Positions 38,640 to 52,836 are shown, numbered from the stretch's first letter. The stretch is 64,000 bases of DNA from Octopus sinensis (GCF_006345805.1 NC_043026.1:1364001-1428000), one strand, 5' to 3'. Translations and numbers: made by a program. Notes: generated from the letters alone by a model not told the origin.

Positions 38640-39920
38640 TTCTAGTTCCATAGGTGATGATCCTTTCCTACCCTTGCATTGAAATCTCCTAGTAACTAGA
38701 GTTTGTCCTTTGGTACTATGTTGACAATGATGTTACTTAGTTGTTGGTAAAGTTGATTCTTTGCTTCTTCATCAGCATCAAGAGTTGGAGCATAAGCAGA
38801 ACTGAGTGATGTAATTTGGAAATGGTAACGGAAGAGTCATTAGTCATTCATTGATGGCAATTGGTATTAAATGATGGTCTTGTATGATACAGGTTTTAAT
38901 AGCAAAACTGACTCCTTGGATTCTTCTCTTCATCCTTGCCTTTCCAAAAGAATGTGTAGTCAGAACCAGTTACTTTGAGTCATCCTTCTCCTGAAAGCTG
39001 TGTTTCACTCAGGGCTGTGATGTCCACTTGATGCTAACCAGTTCTTTTGGGATCAGAGCTGTGCATCTTTCTGGTTTGTCAACAAGAGTTCTCACATTCT
39101 ATGTTCCAAAGATGGCATTGGTTGTCTTAAGTTTCTTGTTGTTTTGACCACATGATGGGTAGCCTGCCAGGTGAGGTTTCCCAGCCGAGCAGTGGTAATG
39201 ACTTTCAATGTTTAGTTTACCTTTTCTAGGACCTTCCTTGATTGAAGTGGGCAGTGGTACTCCTAAAACTAAAAGGCCTGCCAAACACAAATGTAGGACC
39301 AGACTCCTGTCACACATTCACACCAATGTGCAGATTCAGGATTAGAAAATTCTGATTTATAATGCTGTTGTCATTTCAGCCTTACTATGTGGCTGCAAAA
39401 CCTGGACTCTATATCATCACAACATCTAAAAATTGGAACACTTTCACCAGCAAAAGCTTCGTTCAATCTTGAACATCAAATGAGAACACTATGTGACCAA
39501 TAACAAAGTCCTGGAAAGAGTCAATAGTCAAAGTATTGAATTACTGATCATGAAACACTGTCTTCAATTGTCAGGACATGTAAGAAGAATGGAAGCTACA
39601 AAGTTCCTCGTCAAGTCTTACTCAGTGAGTTCACTTCAGGAAAAAGACCATGGGTTTGCCCTCCTTGAAAATACAAGGACCAACTCAAAGCAACACTGAA
39701 AGCCACTAGAATTGAACCTAAATCATTTGAAACACAAGCCTGAGACCATACCAAGTGGCGGTGTTCCATCACCATTGGAACCACAAACTTCAAAGCCACC
39801 AGAAGAGAAAAAGAAGAAATCAAAGGACAGGAGAGAAAGGCTTGAAAAAAATCAACCTCATCCTCCATCAACATTGCCATGCAGTCAAAGCCATCGATTC
39901 TTCTAAGCAAGAATTGGTCT
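38640..39920. mobile_element. RTE (BovB-like) LINE relic, rearranged: APE on minus (38640-39130), RT C-terminus on plus (39320-39920)
   Basis: Minus: WNVRTL..., YTFFWKG, SAYAPTLDAD, RVGKDH-like motifs. Plus: LIYNAVVISALLCGCKTW...SIELLIMKH..GHVRRM. Confidence 0.7.
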
Positions 39921-42249
39921 ACCTAATTATCAATGATATCACCATAAAAGAAGTGTTCAACAAAGAAAATAAATACTCAGACATGTGATAAAGCTGATGG
40001 CAACAATGGTATATACAAGACCCCAAAGAGTGTGAAAATGGTAAGAAGAGAGTGGATGAATCAAATCCCTCAAAGACACTCTAGAAATAAGGGGAGCAAA
40101 TGTATAGATACCAGTAAAAAAGGATGACAGGAGTTGTGAGGCAGAGAAGGACCAAAGGGGAGCTTGATAAATGAGATGAGGAAATTTAAAATGCAAGGGC
40201 AACAGTAGGAAAGCCTAATGGGAAAATTGCCATCATTGCATGCTGGGCAAGGGTCAAAGAGCATGCTAGATAAGGGTCAAAGTCTAGCTTATCCCATCAT
40301 AACTGTTGCTGAAGCCCACTTGATGGAACCAGAAAGTGAGTTTCCATGAGCACAAAACAAACCTGTTATTAAGCGAATTGATTTTGCTGACCAGGGTAAT
40401 TTCCAATTCTTCTTTGGCCCTATTGGAGGGCCAAATATTTCCCAACACTCACCATCTCAGACTATAATTAACATTTCCTAGTACTATAGTATGGTTGTAC
40501 TCAACCATTAAAGTGGAGAACCTAACTCTAGCTTTTGCACAGGAATGTGATGCTTTCCTCGGCTCCCTGTGGCTTCTATCTACAACCTACATTAGTCTGG
40601 ATTCAGTGGCTGGTCAGGGTGCACTCTGCAGGAACCCTATATTTAGTGGATGGAGAACCGTGATCAGAGGTTTCCAACCTTATGCCATCCCTTGTGGAAC
40701 AGAGTGGGACATTTGTTTGGTTAACATGACCCTAAATAGCCACTCTGATCCCAAACAGAGTGGTAGATGATCCTGCAGGTCCCCAAACTATGTGGAAGTT
40801 ACTACATCATGAGTACTCTTAGAATGGGTCACACAGCATGCTAGTGGTATGAGTGGTATAGACACTGGCACTTCCATGCCCAGTCTTGGTGGCAATCACA
40901 TCATAGGATTGAGTTTGTGCCTGTTGGGTGCCATGGTAATGCAGCAATGGAGAAGGATAACAATTTTATTCTACTTGAAGATCTTTTGGTATCTATTTTG
41001 GCCAGAAAAAGCCCTTTCTGGTATTTGTGAAAACAACCTGGGGATATTGTTTTAAGATTATGAGAGAAGAGTGGGCCTCTCTCTTGTCCCCCAGTAGGAG
41101 TGATTATCTTTGGCAGGAAGGATGTGATGCGCTGTTGCCCTTCTTGGGATTTTTAGCAGACCTCTGCACACCCATCCTGTTGCTTTGTGTTAGGCACACT
41201 CTAGAAGGCCCTCTTACTTTGTTCTTTGCTTTTCTCCCCACCATCACACTCCTTTCTCATGCTCTCTCTCTCTCTCTCTCTTTTTCTTCTACCCTATTCT
41301 CCTATATTGACCCTACTTGTTCTAATTTGCGTACTGGAGAATATAAAGGCCTCCATCTTTCTTCATTTTCACCAGGTGATAGTTGTTTGTGTTGTTTAGT
41401 TGTTGTATATGGTATGAAATAGTTTTTTTACTTTACTGCTTTATAGCAGTAACCATTTTACTTGATAAATATTTAAATGTTCTAGTGTCATTTAGTGTCA
41501 AACAATTACAAATCATGTATTATTAGGATGATTATAAGGTAAGTTGTCATTTTACTCCCATTTTCCTCCCACCCACCACTCACTACCTCTACAATGATGG
41601 CTGTACTACTTTTTATATGATGCATTTGTGCTCATGTCTGGATATGTTGTACAAACGAAGGGATGCTGAATGGTATTGTGAAAGGCCTGGCTGGAGGTTG
41701 AACTTTCTAAGTTTTTTTTACGGGGCTTTGAAAAACTGATGGATTACTGCAATAAATGTGTGAATCTGAGAGAGGAATATGTTGAATAAAATCACAATTA
41801 ACTGATCCTCCTGTATTTTCTTTTATCCCAAACCAGGAACTTTTCAGCAACCCCTTGTATATATAATACTTAATGGTGGGAGGGCTCAAGATATTAAAGT
41901 AAAAACCTAAAATTATGGAAGAAATGAAAATATGATATAAAATTATTTAGTTAATAAGATAATATTGAATGATTGTCGAATTGATAATGAAATAGATTAA
42001 AATAGGCCCAGAGGAACTTAGCACCAAGAGAGAGCAGTAGAAATCGGGATCACTGCAAGAGTAAAAGTATGAAAGGTAAAGAGTAAATGCTATATTCTTT
42101 GCTAGTTATTTACAGTACCAAAGAGGTATAGAAACAATAAAATTCACTGAATGAAGTAAATCTGTTAAATCTTATTTAATTTCAAGCTCAAAAGGTTAAA
42201 AGGCAAAGTTGACCCTGGCAGCATTTAAACCCAGAATGTAATGAGCCAA

Positions 42250-43560
42250 AAGACATACTAAGTATTTTGTCCAATGGCACTAAGGAATCAGCCTGTTTTA
42301 TGACTTTTCTGTGCTTCATCTCCATCATAACACATTTCACAATTCTGAATGTTATCTCAATGTACAATTGTGGGTTTGTGAATTTTGGGGAGGCTGTAGA
42401 AGTAGCTAGTGTTGCTTTCAAAATTAGTTAGGTTGTCACATTGTTTGTTTGTTAAACCTCTCTTGGTGTTGGTGAATGTGTTCAGTTTTGTTATTGTCTG
42501 TGATTGTTGGTATTTGTTTATCTTGTAGCATGAATATTTAGCAATCAAACCCAGATCACTATATTCAATGTAAAAAGACAAAAAAAAAAAAATTAAAAAT
42601 AACTCAAGAACACAATCATGATTCAAATCTGGCCTTTCAAGACTTCATGCGGAACTGGATCTAACAACAATTTCATCTTTTGTGCACTTTTTCTGAACAA
42701 GTGCACCACTATATATCCAGTGTATTTTAGCCACTACGAACAGGTGACAGATAATAAACAGCAGACCGGAAGTCAGCAGACAGTTGTAGAACCAGCAGCT
42801 TGCCAGTGCACTGTAACAACACAAAACCAATGGACAGATGGTGACAACCCACAATGATCACCTAACATCAAGGAACCTAATACAGTGACTATTATCATAC
42901 CTAGATCAAGAACAATTAGCTTCAAACTATCTCAGTGCTTGCTGTTCATGGTAATGGTAACATTTTTTTTGTCTACAATAAAAATAAATATTTTTCTATC
43001 AACAATCTTAACCTTCTCGTGATAGGTTGTGACTTGTAGTAGAGATCATATAGTACTTTTGTAGTGTTCAACATCCATAATAATTACTGCACTTTCTTAT
43101 CTGCTTCCTTAATTATAATGTTATTGTTTTTGACTGGTATTGGGTTTGAGTTTACACAGGTAGTTCTTTGTATGGGAAGGAGGATATGAAATCGTAAAAT
43201 ATATCTAATGTTTTATTCCTACCTTTTTAGTTTTTTTGTTCAATTTGTTCCTATTTTCCTTATCAAATAATTCCTCTGTTAGGTGCAATTTTCACCCAAA
43301 CTGTAAAATATCATCCTGTATTTCAGGAATTAAAACAAACACTACTCGGAAGACAAAAAACACTTCAGATACACCCAGTACTCTACCCTTGATTACAACA
43401 CAAAACACAGAGGTTTACAACATTACCGACCAGATCCTTCCACTCCTGAGACAAGTCCAAAGAATGAAACAACAACCATACAAAATAATCAAAAGCAAAA
43501 GACAATCAAAATCCCTCAAAACATCAATTCAAATCACAGTTTGTTTTGTTTCATCAGGCT
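42250..43560. mobile_element. Penelope-like fragments in divergent orientation
   Basis: Minus: IIIKEADK.SAVIIMD and LTNFESNTSYFYSLPKIHK. Plus (43300-43560): LPLITTQNTEV..ILPLL..KIIKSKRQSKSLK. Confidence 0.65.
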
Positions 43561-44419
43561 TGTAACTGTAATCATATAAGCATGCCCAACTCATTATCAG
43601 TATTAATTATCAGTTATTCAAGTATCTACAGCAAATAACTTCTATGCACGATTCTGAAGAATTGAATTTCAATTTGATTCAAAGGCACTTCATGAATCAA
43701 TAGTGGTATATATTATTGCAAAATGTAACAATATTCACGAGACCAGTTTCTAATGAAACAATTGTAAATTAATGTAATAAAAGGACTTGTTCACTCCATT
43801 CTCCTTGGTTCTGACTGGCCCTTGTGCTGGTGGCACGTAAAAGCACCCACTACACTCTGTGAGTGGTTGGTGTTAGGAAGAGCATCCAGCTGTAGAAACT
43901 CTGCCAGATCAGATTGGAGCCTGGTGCAACAATCTGGTTTGCCAGTCCTCAGTTAAATCATCCAACCCATGCCAGCATGGAAAGCAGACGTTAAGCGATG
44001 ATGATGACATACTCTTTACTCTTTTACTCATTTCAGTCATTTGACTGCAGCCATGCTGGAGCACCACCTTTAGTCTAGCAAATCAACCCCAGGGCTTATT
44101 CTTTGGAAGCCTAGTACTTATTCTATTGGTCTCTTATGCCGAACTGCTAAGTTACGGGGACGTAAACACACCAGCATCAGTTGTCAAGCGATGTTGGGTG
44201 GACAAACACAGACACACAAACATATACACTCACATACATATATATACATACATATATACGACGGGCTTCTTTCAGTTTCCGTCTACCAAATCTACTCACA
44301 AGGCTTTGGTCGACCCGAGGCTATAGTAGAAGACACTTGCCCAAGGTGCTATGCAGTGGAAATGAGCCCAGAACCATGTGGTTGGTAACCAAGCTACTTA
44401 TTACACAGCCACTCCTGTG

Positions 44420-44469
<50 letters not shown>

Positions 44470-45289
44470 TACAAATATCTGTACATACAAACATATGTTT
44501 ATGTATGTATATATACACATGCACATACATAGTAAAACATATGTTTATGTATGTGTGCTTGAATGTATTGAGATGACCAGTGACTGAGACCTGTGGCAAT
44601 ATGCTGTGCTTGAGAAGACTCATCAAGCCAAGTGAAATCATAGTCGTGGCCATTGACAGTGTCATGTAAAAGGCACCTGTGAATCGTAGTTGTGGTTGGC
44701 ATTATGAAGGGCATCCAGCCATAGAAACCATGCCAAATGAGACTGGAACGTGGTGTAGCTCTCTAGCTGACCAAACCGTCCAGCCCATACCAGTATATAA
44801 AGCAGACATTAAATGATGATGATGATGATGAGATTATACTATATTTTATGATATTTTTGATCTATTTAGATTGTCTTCCAAGAAGCAGTGAGTCGATAAG
44901 CAGTGACCTGTCATCAGTTCTTTCAACAAGAGCAAGTAAGTATTGAACACTCATACATTGACCATGTGGTAGTTGTGGCCATTGTCATCATTGATTGCAG
45001 TAGTAGTAGTTGTTTTTGTTGTTTAATCCCAGTATAGAGATGCATGATGAAAGATTTAGTGAAGCTTTAAGGGAACAGGGAAGAGAAAGGAATAGATTAG
45101 AGAGAGTGGAAAGGCAGAACTAGATTGGCGTGAAAAGAAAGAATGGATCAACTAAATGAATAAATAGATAAATGAAAATATGAATAAATAAATATGTAAA
45201 TAGGTATGTGGGTGAGGGAACAAGCAAAATCTTGGAGTGGTGTGGGTGGGGGGAAAAGAAGATAAAATACAAGTAAAAAGTCAGAGAAA

Positions 45290-45950
45290 TACAAAGGGAT
45301 CATCTCATACAGCTTGAGATAACAATGGGCTCATCTGATTCTGCACAGGTTACCAACCTTGTTGGTCTGTGTCTTTTAGATGACCTCTCAAAGTTTTTTC
45401 CTATGTTGGTGGAGGTTTGTACTGTGACAACACTCTACTTGCTTTTTTTTTAGCCACTTTTTATCCCTTGATAGCTTAAGGAAAAATTATATAAGTTTTT
45501 CAAAAACTTTCTTCTAGCAATCTTGTTTGAAAGAGACTTTTATCTGTTAACTTCCTGGATTTAACCTTAGAATGTAACTCACAAACTTACTACCCCTGCT
45601 ATAAACTAAACAAGAACTTGGTGTATGGCTATAGATCTTCTAATCACCCATTCTCTGTCAAGAACATCTCCAGTAGTTAAGAACATTTCCGTTAGAATTT
45701 TCTAATCTTTTTGCCAATCATACGATATTCAGAAATGATACTGAATGTTATAAAGAAGCCCCGTATATGTTGGTATAATAACACCAAAAACCTCAATTGC
45801 AAGGACCTTCTATAACTGTTAGAAACTTTCTCCACTGGTACCATGAAATTTTTAGTAGGAAAGCAATTAAGTTATGATATTGTGCAACTCTAAACTTGGA
45901 AGCTATTATAGTAGATACAAACCTAGAAACTATAACCGTGACTCCTCTTC
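45290..45950 (+). mobile_element. Penelope-like RT relic
   Basis: ITMGSSDSAQVTNLVGL..L, GLYCDN, and later WYN..IARTF..HEIFSRKAIKL.YC-like pieces. Confidence 0.7.
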
Positions 45951-45979
45951 TCTTAGCCAAAGGATGAATATCACCCTTC

Positions 45980-47070
<1,091 letters not shown>

Positions 47071-47299
47071 TTAAAGCAGTTGATGTAAATATCCACCAAA
47101 CCATTGTCAGACTCCAATTGCTCATCTCAGACAAGACGATTACCGTTGGTGCAATTTAGTTGATTGATAAAGAAAAACCCTTTGTCAAGGGGTTAAGAGC
47201 TATCATCTTGTCCCGAATCCCTTTTTAAATTTTGTTTGTTTCTCACAAATTTCTCTATGCTAATATAGATCTTTTTGTTATGTTCTGTTCTTTTGTATC

Positions 47300-47950
47300 C
47301 AACTGTTTCCATGGCAACCTTTGCTGCAACTCAGACAATCTTGAAATAGTCAGGAACAAAATCTATACTTTTGGTTTCTGCTTTTAGCTTACACCTGTCT
47401 ACATATCTCAGGCTGGGAGGTATTTCATCCTGGTTTTCTCTTATTTATCGATACATTGTCCTCACTATGCCTTGTTGATCATCCTCATATCCTTGCAATA
47501 TGGCCCTTCTCATTACTTCCACTTCATTTGTTGCCCTTCACCTTCTCGGCTTCCGTTCATTGCTTTGTCCTCAATAGGTAGGATCTCTGCTGGTGCAATG
47601 CTATCATTGTTTTCTACTTCCCTTTTTATTTCTTCAATTTCTATGCCTGTTAACCACCCATCTTTTCTTATTACTCTTACCTGATCAGTTAAGCATTGTT
47701 CACTTATCTGAAAGAATTCTATTTCGTCCCATTTTAATTTCCTGCGTTTCAAAGATCCCCTTCGATTCGATTCACTTCTAATCCAGTCCTCAATTACAGT
47801 TTGGTTCACCTCCAAGTCTCATCATTTTCTCTGCCTTTGACCTTGAGTTTCAGTAGTCTCTGGATGATGACCACGCCTGTGCTGTACAGCCACAGGGCAC
47901 CAACATGGGCAAAAGACTTTCACTGTTAGTTCCAGCCTAATTAACACCAT
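47300..47950 (-). mobile_element. N-terminal fragment of an RLE-type (R4/NeSL-like) non-LTR element
   Basis: KWDEIEFFQISEQCLTDQVRVIRKDGWLTGIEIEEIKRE matches a motif I recognise from such elements. Confidence 0.55.
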
Positions 47951-48487
47951 TATTCATTATATTTGTATTGGACATTTTCACTTCATATTGAGGTTTGCTT
48001 TCAAGTTAGCTACCAGCCCAGTATTTTTATCAATACACCATCTTTAGAAAGCTTGCCAACCAAGACTGATTAGCTCTTACTAACCATAAGTTGAGACTAT
48101 CCCCATTCTCATTTTTGAGTGTTGGGAACCACGAACACTTGTCATTTATATGATGTCTATGGTTCTTATCATGGCGTTGGTCAGCCCCGTATCCTCATGA
48201 CATGTATGGGCCCCATATCCTCATCCAACCGTTACTTGGAATCTGGTTATTGAGTCATGGCTCATTTGCTTTCATCACAAAGATGGCCACTGACAGGTTG
48301 TTACCAAGGTGACTAAGGGATTCTATCTACCCCAGTTTTTAAATCAGAGTGTTCCTTCTCTTAGACCAAGGCTAACGAGTTCTATCTAGCCATTTTTCTA
48401 TGACTTTTAACTCTTCTCAGTTCTTCTACCCTTTGCTGGATTTTGTTTCCATCCCACTAAAATGTAAATATTCTTGTATTTTTATAG

Positions 48488-48609
48488 ATTTGTCAAATGG
48501 TCAGTTGATAGCTACAATCACTGGCCGAATCAATGGCCAGTGGAAGGCAACTCTAGTCTTTGACTATGATGGAACTGTTCCGACACCCCTCAGCTGTCAT
48601 GGAATTAAT
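48488..48609 (+). CDS. Exon of the same gene: (N)LSNGQLIATITGRINGQWKATLVFDYDGTVPTPLSCHGIN
   Basis: Acceptor tatttttatAG, donor GTAAGT at 48610. Starts phase 1 (matches previous exon) and ends phase 0 (matches next). LSNGQ..GI motif recalls the N-terminal part of TMEM268-family proteins. Confidence 0.8.
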
Positions 48610-49623
48610 GTAAGTATTGAGTCAGTGTGTATAGTGTGTGTGTGTGTGTGTGTGTGTGTAAGTGTATACTTGTGTTTGTGAGATGGCAAGTGTTATGTGG
48701 TGTGGTATACATTTCTTCATCTCTGTCTCAGTTTCTTTTGCTTTTTTCTATTAATCTACCACCCTCCCTCTTCTTTCTCTTTCACATTCCTTCTCAAGTG
48801 CTGGTCATTTGTTTCTTTCTTATTTGGGAAGAAATCGAGAGTAAAATGACAGAAAAAGAAGGTGATAGAAAAAATAGCGTTATTTATTTTGCATAGATTA
48901 TATATTATTTTATGTTTTAGAGACTTATATCTTTCTTTACAGATTATTTACAGTTCAAATTTTCATTATTCTAACTTTTAAAACTCTTTTTAAGTTTGTG
49001 TTGATTTGTTTTGATGACTCTAATACATTGATTTCATCTATCCAAAATTCAACAATCCTCTGGAATTGTTTTCTAAGAAATATATCTTGTTTCATCAGAA
49101 TGAAATGAGTAAAATCAATTCAGAATGTATTAGTTGTTCCCAAAAAGAAAGAATTCTGTTCATTCAGTACCATGGGTGAATGAGCTGATCTTTTATCTTT
49201 CGTCTTTTACTTGTTTTAGTCAATAGACTAAGGCCATGCTGGGGCATTGCCTTGAAGAATTTTAGTTCAATGAATTGACCCTAATACTTAAAGTTTTTGC
49301 TAAGCCTGATGATTCTTTTATCGTCCCCTTTTTGTCAAACTGCTAAGTTACGGGACGAGATGATCCCTCAAAATTTCAATGAGAATCTAAGACAATTCAA
49401 GGCTTTGCAATGAAACATGGATGATTGTACAAGAAATGCACAAGAATCTAATCATAGCCAAGATCAATGTTGGTGCATTAAAAAATGACAATGTCATGAT
49501 TCTTAGAATGAAACTCAATACTTCTGATGGTACCTGTTCAGCAGGTCCATACCTGTTCAGCAGGTCCATACCTGTTCAGCAGGTCCATCTCCCAATACAG
49601 CCATGTTTTACAATGATTGTACA

Positions 49624-49840
49624 TACAAGGGGAGCTGAAAAGTTCCTGGCTTTAAGGTATCTTGAAAGGCTGGCTGGAGGTCAACCTTCCAAGTTTTTTT
49701 ACAGGGCTTAGAAAAACTAAAGGACCACTGCAATAAGTCTGTGAATCTGTGAGGAGAATATGTTAAATAAAATCATAATTAACTGATCCTCCTGTATTTT
49801 CTTTTATCCAAAGCCAAGAACGTTCCAGCTGTTCCCTGTA
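49624..49840. mobile_element. mariner-derived MITE; second copy at ~41680-41860
   Basis: Degenerate TIRs (gctgaaaagttcctggcttt / aaagccaagaacgttccagc); internal sequence shared with 41680-41860. Confidence 0.65.
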
Positions 49841-50269
49841 AAGTCCATGGGTATACCATGCAGAATGTCCTAATTTATCTCGAGAAACCATTCTTCCAGT
49901 ATGGCCAGCTATATGTAGCTTTAAGCTGGGGAATAAAGAACGAAAATGTTAAAATATTGAAGGAATGCAAGTCTACAAGAAATGTTGTAAAAATTTTCTC
50001 CTATAAACTACCAAGAAGTACAGTTGTCATTTTTTATTTAATACAGAAAGTATTATCAATACCCTTTCAGACAATGCATTCATATTCACAATTTTCTTCA
50101 AGCATTTAACAGATTACTATTATTTTGATTACGGAGATGTACTCGCATAGCAAGTGATTTGATCTGTGATCGTGTGCTGAAACGAAAACAATTGCAGCGT
50201 GGAAGGTGTTTATAAGCCATTTAAGAAACACACAAAAGCCGTTCGATTCACTTCAACATTTAAGTTTAA

Positions 50270-50320
50270 TTTGTCAAAATATTTTCATCGCTTTAAGACC
50301 GCGACCTGTTCACTGACAAA
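50270..50320 (-). ncRNA. Minimal hammerhead-ribozyme-like motif, G3-C8 core variant
   Basis: Minus strand: tttgtca GTGAACA g gtcgc ggtcttaaa gcgat GAA AATATT T tgacaaa (perfect 7-bp stem I). Confidence 0.6.
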
Positions 50321-50946
50321 AATCCATGCTGCATCTGAGAAAGTAACAGTTAGTTCGTTATGTATATGTACGTACGTATGTGTGTATGTATGTATGCACA
50401 CATGTATGCATGCATGCATGTATGTATGTATGTACGTACGTATGCATGTGTGTATGTATGTATATGTGTATGTATGTATGTGCGTATGTGTGTATGTGTG
50501 TACATGTATGTGCATATGTACGTGTGTATGCCCATACGCATGTATGTATGTTTGTACTTATGTGCTACGTATGTATGTGAGTATACTCACATACATACAA
50601 AAGTTTTGAGATATAGAGATAAGTGGCTGATAATAGGTTTTAGAGTTTTGGCGTGAGGGTAAGGGTCGTACATCACTTCCTAGTTTCGGCAGGAGGGGGA
50701 GGTTGAAATTCGATATTGTTGTAATGAGTGGTCAGTCTACACCTATCCATCACTACAGGTTTATAGCTTTAAGTTTATAGTGTGTGTGTGTGTGTGTGTA
50801 CGTGCATATACACACATACATACATACATACATACACACATGCATACATACGTACATACATACATACATGCATGCATACATGCGTGCATACGTATGTACA
50901 TATATATAACGAACTAACTGTTACTTTCTCAGATGCAGCACGGATT

Positions 50947-50997
50947 TTTGTCAGTGAACAGGTCGCGGCCTTCAAGCAACGAAAATATTTTGATAAA
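50947..50997 (+). ncRNA. Minimal hammerhead-ribozyme-like motif, G3-C8 core variant
   Basis: tttgtca GTGAACA g gtcgc ggccttcaa gcaac GAA AATATT T tgataaa: stem I, core, stem II, GAAA, palindromic stem III. Confidence 0.6.
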
Positions 50998-51129
50998 TTA
51001 AACTTAAATGTTGAAGTGAATCGAACGGCTTTTGTGTGTTTCTTAAATGGCTTATAAACACCTTCCATGCTGCAATTGTATTATTTTGATATTTCCAATG
51101 AAAGAAGTCTAGGAGTTAAATTAAATATG

Positions 51130-52025
51130 TGTGTCAGTACAGGGTGCATAAGGAATTTGAGGATATACTTTTTCTGGGTAATTGCTGCAGTTTTTGCTAA
51201 CTCTGTATAATCTTTGTTTCAGAAAATAATAATGGCAGACTCTCAGATTACTCAAGAAATGAAGAGGCATGATGTTATTGTGAACATAGTGATTTAGAAA
51301 TATCTTGATTTTTTAAAAGTCGCCAGATCTTTCATCTACAAAGATGGAAACATATCACCGGTATCAAAGCATAAAAGCATTCTAAACACTCTGAAATCAT
51401 CAGAACAGCTGAATGTATCCAGCAAGTTCAACAGATCATTGATTATAATCCCAGAAAGTCTATGTCGTCAACTGCAAAAGATCTCCATGTGTCAGAAGGA
51501 ACAGTCAGAAATGTTGTCCAAGCAGACATCAGATCATTATCACCATCGTTTAATGTCCACTTTCCTTGCTGGCATGGATTGAATGGTTTGACTAGGGACC
51601 GGCAAGCCAGTAAGCTGTGAGAAGTTCCAATCTGATCTGGCAGGTTTTCTACAGCTGGATGCCCTTCCTAATGCCGACCACTCTGAGAGTGTAGTGGATG
51701 CATTTTTTGTGCCATCAGCACAGGAGCCAGTCAGATGGCACTGGCATCAACCATGTTCAGATGATGCTCTTTACATGCCACCAGCACAGGAGCCAGTCGG
51801 GGGTGTGGGTGGTTGGACTGGTATCGACCACATTCAGATGGTGCTTTTTACATGCTATCAAGTCTTATAGGATGAGGAAAGATCAATTGTCAGAAAAAGC
51901 AAAAGAAAATCACTACATCAGATCTAAAAGGCTTTTAAACAAACTGAAAAATCCAGCAGAAGATTTGATTTGGTTTTTTCAAATGAGAAAAACATTGATC
52001 AAGATCAAAAAGTTAACAGAAGAAC
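51130..52025 (+). mobile_element. maT/Tc1-like transposase 5' fragment, interrupted by an RTE 3'-UTR insert (51540-51850)
   Basis: MADSQITQEMKRH..., DYNPRKSMSSTAKDLHVSEGTVRNVV, WFFSNEKNIDQDQKVNRR. Confidence 0.7.
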
Positions 52026-52431
52026 TGCCTTTAGTCGAGCAAATCGACCCCAGGACTTATTCTTTGGAAGCCTAGTACTTACTCTATTGGTCTCTTTTGC
52101 TAAGTTACGGGGACGTAAACACACCACTATTGGTTGTCAAGTGATTTGGGGGGGACAGACAGAGACACACAAACACACACAAATCCACTCACGAGGCTTT
52201 GGTCAGTCCAAGGCTATAGTAGAAGACACTTGCCCAAGGTGCCACGCAGTGGGACTGAACCCAGAACCATGTGGTTGGTAAGCAAGCTACTTACCACACA
52301 GCCACTCCTGCGCCTACATAGGTAATTTGCATTCCACCAGTATTACCAGAACTGCTGTTGCTGTTACTACTACTACCACAACTATTTTCTTGTATTACTG
52401 TTGTTATTTTTCTCTCTTTCCTTTTTTCCAG

Positions 52432-52609
52432 GTGAGTCACAACGAATTCACAAACATTATGAAAAATATTGTGAATGATGCTGAGATAATGAACAGTCTT
52501 GGATGGCAGTTTACCATGAAGCCAGTCGTCATAATCTTCATCCTCTCCATCATATGGATTGTCTCTTTCCTTCTTGTCATCTTCCTTCTCATTGATGCTC
52601 CAAAGTCAA
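52432..52609 (+). CDS. Exon encoding predicted TM helix 1: VSHNEFTNIMKNIVNDAEIMNSLGWQFTMKPVVIIFILSIIWIVSFLLVIFLLIDAPKS
   Basis: Long pyrimidine tract plus cAG acceptor (52430-31), donor GTGAGT at 52610. Phase 0 to phase 1; 23-residue hydrophobic run. Confidence 0.85.
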
Positions 52610-52803
52610 GTGAGTTGGTTTCTTTTTTATTTTTTTGCTTCTGTTTAATGGCCATTGCTAATGAAGTGGAAAGTGGAGCTGACTGAACACACCAAAGACG
52701 CTCCAGACGGCGGCAGCTTGTCTTTTTTGAAAAGAATTTAGACAGTCTATATCTGAGCAGATATAGTCAGATAGTTCAGTAGCTTCAGAACCACGTGTGT
52801 GTG

Positions 52804-52836
<33 letters not shown>

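Larger units (their letters stand above)
50188..51079. repeat. Head-to-head inverted pair of Penelope-type terminal repeats (~170 bp unique plus microsatellite arms)
   Basis: ORFs 50199+ and 51068- translate almost identically (MEGVYKPFKKHTKAVRF...); each arm contains a hammerhead-like motif. Confidence 0.85.
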
